NCBI GenBank assembly: GCA_951406725.2
Contig: OX597827.1
Coordinates: 81,778,001-81,842,000, forward strand
Source of the DNA: Octopus vulgaris
Taxonomy: Eukaryota
DNA length: 64,000 bases
Direction of reading: 5' to 3'
The notes below the pieces were generated by a model. The model was given only the letters and a program-made list of their open reading frames with translations, searched no databases and was not told where the DNA came from. Both the position numbers and the translations under genes were made by a program. Below are positions 34,940-47,852 of this stretch, in pieces (positions within the stretch are counted from its first letter, which is position 1; the number at the start of each line of letters is the position of its first letter).

Positions 34940-36030
34940 ATGTGTTACAATACTGCGTCACAATTTGTGTTACTAAGTGATATCAAATGTGTTACAAGGT
35001 GATGTCACAGTATGTATCACAGTATTATCTCTGCTTCATCTTGTAACAACTGTATTTATTGTTTATCCCCAAGACACCATTCACTGAGCAGACATGCGTA
35101 AACACACTCCAACCACGACCATTCTGTCTCTTCTGTCATAGTGCACCCATGACTACATTATCTTATGTGTTCTTGGTTTTGGGGATAAAACAATGTGATT
35201 TGAGACAGATCAGCTGTTATTTCTTGCAAGTCATGAGAGATCCTTTTATATCTCATGGAGTACCCCACATTGTATGTTACAAAATGCTATCCCTGTTATT
35301 GTTTAGCAAGAACTTCCTCATCAGTGTATACCTTGGTATACTACAGCGTTGTCTCATACCATTTACATGTCACATATCAAATGGTACAGTATTTTGGTAT
35401 CTAGTGAGATAAAATATCAATGTCACACTAGTGTAACATTATCATGTATCACACTGTGTCACAATGTCCTGTAGCTGTGTTACTATAAAATGTGTCATGA
35501 GGTTCATTGCGATAAGGTGTCAGCATGTGTTATGCATCACAGAGTATTATTGTGCCACAGAGTGTGTCACACCATGTGTTACAATTTATATTACAATATG
35601 GTATCAAACCCTGTTACACTGTCCTATATCAAGATCATGAATTATTTCTGTGTTACAGTATGATAGCATCATAGTCTGTGTAACACAAACACGTGGCACA
35701 ATGAATGTTACAATATGATAATCTCACTGTTTCATTCTGTATGATGGTGTCACTGTGTGTGTGTTTTGCAATGATATGTCACAGTCAGTGTTACTGTACA
35801 AGTGTGTAACACTATAAGCTATCCTGCATCATAGAGTATTATTGTCATAGTGTTACACCATCATGTGTCAATGTTTGTGTTACAATATGGCGTCATGGCA
35901 TATCATACTATCCCATGTCAAATCACTGTGGTAATGTCACAGTACGTGTTACAGAATTATGGCACAATGGGTGTTATAGTATGATTCTCTGTGTCAGAAT
36001 CATGTGTCACAATCAGTATTTCAGTACAAG
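34940..36030. repeat. Degenerate minisatellite-like tract (TGTGTCACAAT / GTGTTACAAT motifs)
   Basis: Dozens of imperfect GTGT(T/C)ACA(A/G)T motifs. Confidence 0.6.
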
Positions 36031-36565
36031 TGCGTGATGGTGTGCGTGTTTGTGTGTGTGTGTGTGCATGTGCTTGTGTGTGCATGTGTGTATGTGTTAC
36101 TCAGCCATGTAACTCCATGTAACCGTGACAATATCTCCCCAATTTATGTAGAATGGAAATCTAAATAATATGAGAGTCTAAATAATAGTATGGGTCTCTA
36201 GATAATGTTGTTGCAATTTTTAGAGAGAAAATATATCATTTAAACAGGGACACACAAATAATATCGTTGTGATCACCACAGTCATCATCATAATCATCAT
36301 CATCATCATCAATAATGATAATAATGATAATAGAAACCACTCCTGCCTGCCAACCGAATGCATCCCCCTCCTCCTCCTCCTCCTATCATTGCATTCATTC
36401 TGTCACTGCTACTACTACTACTACTGAAGCAGTTTGCCTTCTTAATATTCTCCTTATTGCTGTTGTTATTGTTAGTATTGTCATCATTACTGGTGGTGGT
36501 GGCGGCGGCAGTTACAATGATGTTCTTATTGTTATTCCTATTCTTATTGCGAAGGCCGTTGTTTG

Positions 36566-36597
<32 letters not shown>

Positions 36598-37484
36598 GTT
36601 GGTGGTGGTGGTGGTGGTGGTGGCGGTGGTGGTGGTGGTGGTGAGAGTGGAGGTGTTGTTGTTGTTTTGCTTTCTTCCATCAGATTCTGGATATTTTGCA
36701 TTTTATGATATTGGGAACAATTAATTGATTGACGTGTGCATGTGTGCATATATAGACATGAGTGTGCGTATGTGGGTCTATCTGTGTATGTGTGCATATG
36801 TCTGTGTGTGTGTGTTTATAAGTGTGTAACTGCTTACATGAATGTATGTGCATGGTGTGTGTGTGTGTGTGTGTGTGTGCATAATTGCATTTATGCGTGC
36901 TTAAGTGATTTGCATAGATTTGTTATGTGTTCTGTGCATAGATTTGTGTGTGTGAATGTGTGTGCCTGTACATGTGTGTGTGTGTGTGAACCCTTGTCCA
37001 CTCCCACCACCACAACCCCCCTCTATATATATAAACTGTTTCTGCTCCCACCCCTCTCTCTCTAACAATACCCAGAAGTCTTCCTAAGTGGTTTCTCACT
37101 TACCAGCAACCATTCAGGGATGGGTCTGTCCCTTTATTGTGTTAGCAGGGGACACCAAACAAGACATATTAATGACCACCATTATACCATTTATACCATT
37201 AACTGTGCATTCAATGATCAATGGAAGGAAAGAGGGTGAGGGTGAGGAAGAGGAGGAAGGAAGGAATTGCCATCAGGGAGTAGCATCATATCTTGGACAA
37301 GAGAAGATGAGCAGTTCTTTATTCAGGTGTGGTAGACACTTATCTGACCTCCTCCTCCTCCTCCTCCTCTTGTTGTTGTTGTTTAGCCCAACCGAAGTCA
37401 GTCCTGACACAGTGAAGAAATGATTAAAGAAGTCCTACAAAAACACATGTAAACAATAACAGAAGCACACTTACAAATACAAAG

Positions 37485-37515
<31 letters not shown>

Positions 37516-37692
37516 TATCTAATGTACCTTTCTTTTGTTTAAGATGGTAACATGTGACAAGGGAAATTTAGCTGCTATATTTAGCATGCTAAATTACCAT
37601 ATAGAAGTTTCCCTTGTTAGCTTTTTTGTTGTCTTCATCCAGTCTCGATAACATGAAGAGGTGTCCTTCATTGGCTTATATGTATATTTATG

Positions 37693-38032
37693 TATTCTTT
37701 TATTTGTTTCAGTCATTTGACTGTGGCCATACTGGAGCACCACCTTAAGTTCAACAAATCGACCCCGGGACTTATCCTATCAGTCTCTTTTGCTGAACCA
37801 CTAAGTTACATGGATGTAAACACACCAACATCAGCTGTCAAGCGATGGTGGGGATACAGATACACATATATATATATGACATGCTTCTTTCAGTTTCCGC
37901 CTACCAAATCCACTCGCAAGGTTTTGGCTGGCCCGAGAGCTATAGTAGAAAACACTTGCCCAAGGTGACACATGTTGGGACTGAACCCGAACCATGTGGT
38001 TGGTATGCAAGCTTATTACCACACAGCCACAT
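37693..38032 (-). mobile_element. SINE family A
   Basis: Reverse complement of the full head-to-tail family A sequence. Confidence 0.88.
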
Positions 38033-38891
38033 ATAAAAAATAAATAGCGTTATGATATGAAGGAGATTGAGGTTAGCTTCTATGTAGAGTTCTCTTCCAT
38101 TAGAACATGCATACATAAGAGAGTAGTGTGTGATCTAAATGAGATTTGGTCATTATTTCTACCACATTTACCTACCATTTAGAAGTCTCCATCATCACAA
38201 AGGGTTCCTCCTGTTTTCATTATATCTGTTTAAAACAGGGGACGTGTTTGTTTTTTAGGTTGCCCTACTTGTATAAGAATGTGGCTCCCCTTAAATATAT
38301 ATCTAAGTTGTCACAAGGAAAAGGTGGGCTTATTTAGTGGGGGACACTGTACCATTACACAAAACAGGTTTTGTTGTGTTTTGTTCTGACATTTTGTGTT
38401 CTGAGATCAAATTCTACTTAGAGAAACGTTTTTTCTCATTCTTCTGGGGGTCAGTCTAGGGGAAATTAGTGGAATTGGGAAAGAATTGGACAAAATGCTT
38501 TGCAGTATTAATTCCTGGTTTTTGTATAGAGAGGGGCCTGGCTATGACCTTGTCTATAGGACAATGACAGAACAGTGTCTTATCAAAAATACCCAAAGCA
38601 GTCAGGAAGTCACCTTTGGGTACCTTATACCCCAATCCCTCAACCATAATAATTCCATGACAAACATACATTGATGACCAAAACTTGTTCATTGAGATGA
38701 TGGAATAGGAAAAGATGTTGTCATTCCTTACACTGTCCGAATGAGAAAGTTGGTGTGGGTGTCACAAGATGGGTTGTAATAGAACAGGTTTTGGTGACTG
38801 TCCTAGTTGTAAGGGACAGTACTACTATTGAATGGGATGGAGAAGTCCTTATTAGTGAATTGTGGAAGCAGTTTTTAATGATATATATACA

Positions 38892-39120
38892 CATCATATG
38901 TTTGTTTTCCATGCTGGCATGAGTTGGACAGTTTGACTGAGAACTGGCAAGCTGGGAGGTTGCATGAGGCTCCAGTCTGATTTGGCAAGGTTTCTACAGC
39001 TGGATGCTCTTCCTAATGCCAACCACTCCTAGAGTGTAGTGGGTGCTTTTACTTGCCACCAGCACGGGAGCCAGTCAGGCAGCACTGGCATTGTCCACAC
39101 TCAAATGGTGCTTTTTACAC
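38892..39120 (-). mobile_element. RTE family 3'-end copy
   Basis: TTTTCCATGCTGGCATG..GGATGC.CTTCCTAATGCCAACCACTCC..GGTGCTTTT. Confidence 0.88.
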
Positions 39121-39421
39121 ACGTGAATAAATATATATATAGATAGATATCTGTTTATACAAACTCATGATCATAAGATTGTGGTTTCAATGCCCGGATC
39201 AGGCAATGCACTGAATTCTTGAGCAAAACCCTTCACTTCACATTGTTCCAGTCCATTTGGCTGGCATAGATGAGTTGTGCCTGTGACAGATTGGTGTCCC
39301 ATTGAGGGTGTGTGTGTGTGTGTATTATATATATATATATATATATATATGCCGCAGAATCCAGGAAACCAGGTTTGTTAGCCTATAACTTGGGATGGGC
39401 CTTTCATCCTGAAAAATGATG

Positions 39422-39795
39422 AACGTAAAATGCATCATCCGAACATGGTTAGTGCCAGTACCCGCTGACTGGTTCCCATGCCAGTGGCATGTAAAAATCA
39501 CTATCCGAACATGATCGATGCCAGGTCTACCTGACTGACTTCCGTACTGGTGACATGTAAAAAGGACCATCCAAATGTGGCTGATGCCAGTACCTCCAAC
39601 TGGCTCTCGTGCTGGTGGCACGTAAAAATCACCCACTACACTCTCGGAGTGGTTGGCATTAGGAAGGGCATCCAGCTGTAGAAACACTGCCAGATCAGAC
39701 TGGAGCCTGGTGCAGCCTCCTGGCTCTCCAGATCTTAATCAAACCGTCCAATCCATGCTAGCATGGAAAACAGATGTTAATTGATGATGATGATG
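39422..39795 (+). mobile_element. RTE family 3'-end copy with repeated GTGCC.GTGGCA.GTAAAAA modules
   Basis: Same terminus and (GAT)n tail as 13180-13364. Confidence 0.9.
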
Positions 39796-41181
39796 TATAT
39801 ATATATCTATATATGTATATATGTGTGTGTGTGTATATGTATGTATATGTATATATACGTGAGTGTGTGTATATGTATGTATACATATATATGTATATAT
39901 ATATATGAGTGTGTGTGTGTGTGTGTATATACAGGTTCTTTTCCAGTTTTCTGTGAAAAAGAAATCTGGTCATGACGAAAATATTACTTGACTTGGAAAC
40001 AGGTGAGAATTGGTGACAGGAAGAGCATCCAGCCGTGAAAAAATCTTCCTCAATAAATTCCATATAAGGAATAAAACATGGAAATTTAATGATAATGATT
40101 AAAGACAGACACACACACGCACACACATATACATATATATACACACACACATACATGCACACACACCCACACAGATATATAAATATGTGTGTGTTTACCA
40201 GTTTTTGCCTCTCTCAACTCTAAACTTGATAAAGTCGTAATATAGCAAAAAGAATTCACTACTACTTTTGGGTAATCACCACCACCACCACCCACTACCA
40301 CCACTACTACAGTACCACTACATGCCACTTGAGCCCTATCTCCAATAAATCAATTTTAAGTATTTCAGCAGTAACCATTGTCTAGTTTCTAATATTTAAA
40401 ACAAACGATTTTCCATTTTAGATGTAAACTTGGAGTCTCCGTGTCCTTGTTTGGTTGGGTCGAATAGAACAGGCGGAGATCTAAAAACGGCATATTAACG
40501 TTTTACAAAAGAACGGCATATTAGATGATGTGGCCCTTGGAGTAATATGCATAGGGAAAAGAGGAGATTGACTGAGTTGGAATGACTTAACAACTAAATT
40601 GAAACGTACCATTAAAATTATACTTCCTTCTTTAAATATGAATAATTATGAATAATTATATCATCAAAGTTAAACAATTCGTCCATTAATTCTATTGGTA
40701 CCAATTTATCTCAGCCTACGTCTTGTTCATGGATAAAAATATGTTCTTGTTTAAACTGAAATCTACCATCATAATATTTTATTATTTAAAAATATTTTGT
40801 TTATTTTTCAAAGCCGTTTTGAAGTCCTAACAATATAGTATCTCATGAGTCGTCTCCCTTACTGTTCCCTATTTCAACACCGCAGGAACGTTTGCTCGTT
40901 TCCCTCCTATTGCTTCAACCAGACCCCATATGTCTACGATCTGATGCAGTAGGGTTCTTCAGCGCCAAAGACATTCCACTTGTGACCGTTTCATGTTTTA
41001 ATCGTACACAATCTATCTGGGACCATATCAGCCAATGGACCTTCCCCTAGGAACAGTGGAGAAGGTTAACTGAAAAAGATTTGGCTGTTATTTTTGCCAC
41101 TCACACAACTCTTGTGAAGACTTCGACTTAGGATAGTTTGATGGGATGTATATAGACTAAAGTGTATATAGATAGGGTGTG

Positions 41182-41241
<60 letters not shown>

Positions 41242-41272
41242 TATAGATAGATATAAATATGTATATGTGTAT

Positions 41273-41317
<45 letters not shown>

Positions 41318-41357
41318 TAAAAAAATGGAGTTAACGCAGGCGTAATCAAATATTTTT

Positions 41358-41443
41358 ACTTTCGACACACGTTTCGAAAATTCCACTGATACTATTCAAA
41401 AGAATAAATGGTATAAACAATGCAATCTTCTCCTCAGGAAAGT
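41358..41443 (-). ncRNA. Type I hammerhead ribozyme with intact catalytic core
   Basis: ACTTTC-CTGAGGA-GAAGATT..AATTTTC-GAAAC-GTGT-GTC-GAAAGT: 6-bp stem I, 7-bp stem II closed by G-C, GUC triplet. Confidence 0.8.
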
Positions 41444-41896
41444 GAAAAAAACGAAACTCGTCAATAATACATTTTAGCAAAAAATGATGGATTTGTATAG
41501 CGATAGACAGAACGCTATTAATATTGTTTAAAAAAACCTTATATGTTATAATGTCATAAGTAGCTAACAGAAAGAGTAGGGATATTAATAGTGAATGTTA
41601 AATATACAGGAAAGTAAAGTTTAAATTACATATAATGATGGAGACTACTTATATGCACTAAATGGCAAAAACATACATTTAGTGCATATAAGTAGTCTCC
41701 ATCATTATATGTAATTTAAACTTTACTTTCCTGTATATTTAACATTCACTATTAATATCCCTACTCTTTCTGTTAGCTACTTATGACATTATAACATATA
41801 AGGTTTTTTTAAACAATATTAATAGCGTTCTGTCTATCGCTATACAAATCCATCATTTTTTGCTAAAATGTATTATTGACGAGTTTCGTTTTTTTC

Positions 41897-41980
41897 ACTT
41901 TCCTGAGGAGAAGATTGCATTGTTTATACCATTTATTCTTTTGAATAGTATCAGTGGAATTTTTGAAACGTGTCGAAAGT
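41897..41980 (+). ncRNA. Type I hammerhead ribozyme, mirror copy
   Basis: ACTTTC-CTGAGGA-GAAGATT..AATTTTT-GAAAC-GT-GTC-GAAAGT: G.U at the base of stem II and a minimal stem III. Confidence 0.75.
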
Positions 41981-42171
41981 AAAAATACTTGATTACGCCT
42001 GCGTTAACTCCATTTTTTTATTCATATTATTCAAAATATTCAACGTAAACACGAAGTTTCAACCTTTATAAACAAGGAGTTACAACACCTTTACTTGAGA
42101 GATTTTTGCTGCCCTGGTAACTATTTATTTATTTTTCCGTGTTAATTGTTAACAAGGTAAAAATACACTTA

Positions 42172-42229
<58 letters not shown>

Positions 42230-42338
42230 CCAAAGACTGCTTATTCCTTTTCAGTACAGATATTTCTCCACAGATAAGAATACTTGTAACTCGCATAGGC
42301 AAAAGAAAAAAAATAACGAAATCAAACAGTCTTGATTA

Positions 42339-42396
42339 ATTGTGGACGTGTTTCTGGGTTAGGATTATAAAAATTCACTCCTGTCATCAGCACAAT
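42339..42396 (-). ncRNA. Type I hammerhead ribozyme motif from an unrelated family
   Basis: ATTGTG-CTGATGA-(caggagtg..tcctaaccca)-GAAAC-AC-GTC-CACAAT: perfect 6-bp stem I and intact core, but a weak stem II base. Confidence 0.65.
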
Positions 42397-42691
42397 AATT
42401 CGATAATTTATACCCAAATAATTAATAATTATTTACCCTTATATATAAATGTTATGTCCCCAGCCACTACACATTCTATATTTTCTCTCCTTGTTTCTTT
42501 CTGTGGAAGAGTGTAGACTCGAAATGTTAAAGACTTTTTCACTTCCCAAGTGATATACAAATACAATTGTTTGTTGTCTACACCACCTGTCTTCATCTTT
42601 TGTTTTATTTTTTTTTTGTGAATTCTCCATATATATATATATATATATATGCCTATATATCTATATACATATATATTTATGTGTGTCTATA

Positions 42692-42731
<40 letters not shown>

Positions 42732-43375
42732 CATATAGATAGACAGATTGGTATCTACCTACCTATCTCTATCTCTCACTGCCTCTGTCTACACACACGT
42801 GGATCAGTTAGAGGATTCATTACACTGAAGGCATATCAACAAGTAGGACACCCCATATCAACAAGGCATATCAACAAGTAGGACACCCCAAATAGTCTAA
42901 ATTTCTCAAAGGGAGATATTCAGTAACAGTTCTTTAAAATAAAGTATATTTGCCAACATAATGTGGCAGTCTTGTATGGGACTATGTTACTGCTGTTTAG
43001 CCCCAGGAAAAGTCATTTCCAGCTGGCAATATGACAATATCTGTGTCCTTATATTTTTGAACAGGGGAGCTCATCACCCCATATATGCATATATATATAT
43101 ATATATCTGGGTTTTTTTTCTGTCCTCGTTTTCATATACATTTGCTGCTTTCTTCCAAGAATCTAGTGCTCTTAGCTTAGAGATTAGAGCAATCTTGAGT
43201 ATAACCAGCTGAAATTGCAAAGATAATCTGGAACTCGACTGAGGAAAGAAAACTCCAAATGATCCATCCATGTTTTTTCTTTTCTTCCGTTTTTGTATCA
43301 TCTTTTTGGATGTTTTGTTGTCCCATTTTTTGTATTCCTTTTGATATGTGTATATATATATATATGTGTGTGTGT

Positions 43376-43501
<126 letters not shown>

Positions 43502-43548
43502 GTATATATATGTATATGTATGTATATATATGTATATGTATATGTATG

Positions 43549-43584
<36 letters not shown>

Positions 43585-43773
43585 TATAAAGTTAATATAA
43601 ACAAAAAAGCACAAAAAACACAACAACGCGAGGACGTGGAATAAATATAGTATTATTGGACGGTCAGGAAAGAAGGAGGGCTTAATGTTTCGAGCGGAGC
43701 TCGGAAACATAGAAGGAAAGATCCAGAGAAGGGAAGACAGAGGAAAAAAAAATCGCCAACAGTACACATGCAG

Positions 43774-43834
<61 letters not shown>

Positions 43835-44973
43835 ATATAAGGATAAGACCTATATAAGATTTTATTGAGTAGCCAGCGTGTAAACCACTTGAGGAAAAAA
43901 TTAGTACGAGGTATCTAATTCTTTTCTTTAAATATGAAATACATTATATTAAGGGCTATTACAGTGCGTAAAAGCCCCATGATTTAATGGAACTCTTGAA
44001 GTGGAGGAGAAGTTCCTTCAATAAAAACAAAATGGTTTAATTGTATACCATTAAGGATGTGGTTTAATAGCCCTTGATATTATGTATGTATGTATGTATG
44101 TACGTACTTACACACGCACACACATACTTTTTGTGGAGATGATAGTAATGGTGGTGTGGTTGGTATGTGTAGTAGTGGGAGTGATTGCAATTGTGTCTGT
44201 GAGTGTGGTGGTGTTGGTGAAGATGGTGGTGGTGTTGTTGGTGGTAGGGGTTACTCAACAATAGAGGTCACTTCCTACTGCTACATTATGATTTTATTCA
44301 GTTTAAAGTTGAGATGGTCAAACATTAGCAGAAACACACATATCCATGCATTTGTATAGTATGTGTCATTGTGTTTGTGTTTGTGTATTTTTTGAACAAC
44401 AAAAGACACAAATGGAAAACAAGACAACCAACATAAAGAACAACCCTTCGTCAGTTGTTGGCTGTTTCTCTAGTCTCGTATTTCGAGCTTTGAACAACAA
44501 TGTATGTTTTCAGTAAAACAGTTGCTCCTAAAAGCAAATTAACTAAAATTTGGGATTTTGCAGAGGGTCAAAATTGGTAACACAAACAGGACAGTGGAAA
44601 CAAACAAGAAGGGCTGCTAAGCTTAAACAAAGCTGTGGTGGTGAATGTGTAAATCAATCTTGGACTGGAGACAGACAAGGAGATGTCTTCCTTGATCCAG
44701 CTACAACAGAGAGAAAGAAAGGAGCACAAGTTAGGAGAAATATGGCCGAAGGTCACGTGGGCACAAGGGAGGAAGAGAGAGTGACAAACAGGACTGTGAA
44801 GGGGAGAGGAAAAAATTGGAGATAGGATAAGTGAGAAAAACTGGGGGGAGGTAGAAGAATAAGAGAGAGAAAGAGAAAAACAAAAGAGTGAAAAGATTGT
44901 AGTGTACATCAAAATTATTAAGATAAAACTTGGAAGCGGATGTGTGGCGTTCAATCATATAATAATATAAATA

Positions 44974-45004
<31 letters not shown>

Positions 45005-45413
45005 CTCTTACTCTCTCTCTTTTACTCTTTTACTTGTTTCAGTCATTTGACAGCGGCCATGCTGGAGCACCGCCTTTAGTCGAGCAAATCGACCCCGGGA
45101 CTTATTCTTTTTTGTAAGCCCAGTACTTATTCTATCGGTCTCTTTTGCCGAACCGCTAAGTGACGGGGACGTAAACACACCAGCATCGGTTGTCAAGCAA
45201 TGCTAGGGGGACAAACACACAAACACACACATATATATATACATATATACGACAGGCTTCTTTCAGTTTCTGTCTACCAAATCCACTCACAAGGCATTGG
45301 TCGGCCCGGGGCTATAGCAGAAGACACTTGCCCAAGATGCCACGCAGTGGGACTGAACCCGGAACCATGTGGTTGGTTAGCAAGCTACTTACCACACAGC
45401 CACTCCTGCATCT
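45005..45413 (-). mobile_element. SINE family A, full-length young copy
   Basis: A-box TGGCTGTGTGG, B-box GGTTCAGTCCC, CORE-like segment, (GTAAAAGA)n tail, CpGs retained. Confidence 0.95.
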
Positions 45414-45470
45414 ATATATAGATTTATCTATATGTACAGTTCTATATTTAAGAGATGAGGATTAATGTAC

Positions 45471-45666
45471 ATTATTTACATTTGACGGATAACCCCAAGA
45501 TTCTGAGTTTGATTCCAGGCAGTGACCTGAATAATTATAATAACATTAAAAAGTACCTAAGGAATGAGAACCCAGGTTCGAAATTTCTCCAAGACACCTG
45601 ATTAAGGCTGGAAACGTTGTCAGCAACAAACAAGATGAGGATAAATATCTGTCAAATGTAAATAAT
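45471..45666 (+). mobile_element. Small Penelope pseudo-LTR-like element with 21-bp inverted termini
   Basis: ATTATTTACATTTGACGGATA / TATCTGTCAAATGTAAATAAT. Internal CTGATTA-AGGCTG-GAAACGTT is a deleted hammerhead. Related to 33958-34107. Confidence 0.65.
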
Positions 45667-45679
45667 ATACATACATACA

Positions 45680-46127
<448 letters not shown>

Positions 46128-46518
46128 AGGCGTAGGAGTGGCTGTGTGGTAAGTAGCTTGCTAACTAACCACACGGTTCTGGGTTCAGTCCCACAGCGTG
46201 GCATCTTGGGCAAGTATCTTCTGCTATAGCCCCGGGCCAACGAATGCCTTGTGAGTGGATTTGGTAGACGGAAACTGAAAGAAGCCTGTCGTATATATGT
46301 ATATATATGTGTATGTGTGTGTGTGTTTGTCCCTCTAGCATTGCTTGACAAACGATGCTGGTGTGTTTACGTCCCCGTAACATAGCGGTTCGGCAAAAGA
46401 GACCAATAGAATAAGTACAGAGCTTACAAAGAGTGAGTCCCGGGGTTGAGTTGCTCGACTAAAGGTGGTGCTCCAGCATGGCCACAGTCAAATGACTGAA
46501 ACAAGTAAAAGAGTAAAA

Positions 46519-46521
<3 letters not shown>
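46128..46521 (+). mobile_element. SINE family A, full-length young copy
   Basis: Carries the same diagnostic bases as 45005-45413 (GCATCTTGGG, CTGCTATAGCCCCGGGCC, ATGCCTTG, CTAGCATTGCTTGAC). Confidence 0.95.
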
Positions 46522-46567
<46 letters not shown>

Positions 46568-47273
46568 TACATACATACTCCCAAATATATAGATGTGTAT
46601 GTGTTTCTGTATCTGTGTGTGTGTAGAGAGAGAGAGGGAGGGGGAGACAAAGGGAATCATGGGAACGAATTCACTTACCCTGGCTATTTTTAATATATAT
46701 TTCTCCTTTATCAGGAATCAATCCTACATTTTCTTAGCCCATTATAGAGGAGATCAGTATTATATCCCTATTTAGATTATACACAAGGCAGGACAGAACT
46801 AAACAGGTCTTCTCAAATTTCCATTTTTAAAAAATATTCAAGCAAAGACTAAAACAATTTTCTCATAGGCCACGGTATTAGAAGAGAGCAGAGCAGTATA
46901 ATAGTACCCTGTACTATTTTAGTACTATAGCACTAAGTTACAGCATTGTAGTAGAAGTATTTTCGTATACATATCTTCCTGTTATGCTATAAACACTAAG
47001 ACAGTTATTTTATTATGATAAACTATTGTGAAATTAATATTATAAAACTATTAGTGAGTGTGAGGCATTAATTAATTTCTTAATTGTATATATGAGAGTT
47101 GAAGAAATGAAATATTTTTTGGGTGAGATTAATGTAAGACTGTGGAAAATGTTTGCATAAATTTAAATAAATTTCAAGTGGGAAAGGCTAGAAATACTAG
47201 GTTGCTTCCCTTGTGTGAAGTTACAGGTAATAGATTATCTCCCTTACATCATCGTTACATTCTCTGTTGATGT

Positions 47274-47326
<53 letters not shown>

Positions 47327-47444
47327 CTGCACACACACACACACACTATAATCCCACACACAGATACACACACAGCTGAATAGATGCATACACACATCCA
47401 TACATATAACAAGAAGTATGTACCATCACAGAAGTCAGCTATAT

Positions 47445-47852
47445 CTGTCTGTATGTATGTATGTATATATGTGTGTATGTATGTATGTATGTCTGTCTGT
47501 ATGTATGTATGTATATATGTGTATGTATGTATGTATGTATGTATGTATATGTATGTATGTGGTGTGTACGTATGTATGTATGTATATATGTGTGTATGTA
47601 TGTATGTCTGTCTGTATGTATGTATGTATATATGTGTATGTATGTATGATGTATGTATATATGCATGTATGTATGTATGATGTATGTATGTATATATGTG
47701 TGTATGTATGTATGTATATATCTGTGTACGTATGTATGTATGTATGTGTGTATGTATGTATGTATGTGTGTATGTATGTAGGTATGTATGTATGTATATA
47801 TGTATGTATGTATATATATGTATGTGTGTATGTATGTATGTATGTATGTATG
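47445..47852. repeat. (TATG)n compound microsatellite
   Basis: Seen directly. Confidence 0.95.

Larger units (their letters stand above)
41311..42027. repeat. Near-perfect 717-bp palindrome (arms 354 and 352 bp, 11-nt loop)
   Basis: 41311-41664 is the reverse complement of 41676-42027. I find only two substitutions and one 2-bp indel, all within the outer ~70 bp. Confidence 0.96.

Noticed and set aside
42828-42889. Short AAGGCATATCAACAAGTAGGACACCCC duplication (similar case at 13810-13875)
   Set aside because: Ordinary slippage duplications with no evident function.
44400-44560. Minus-strand CTGACGAAGGG near GAAA motifs
   Set aside because: I could not assemble consistent stems. It is possibly a PLE remnant but unsupported.
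46128-46200. tRNA-like A and B boxes as tRNA genes
   Set aside because: They are SINE heads followed by SINE bodies, with no cloverleaf.
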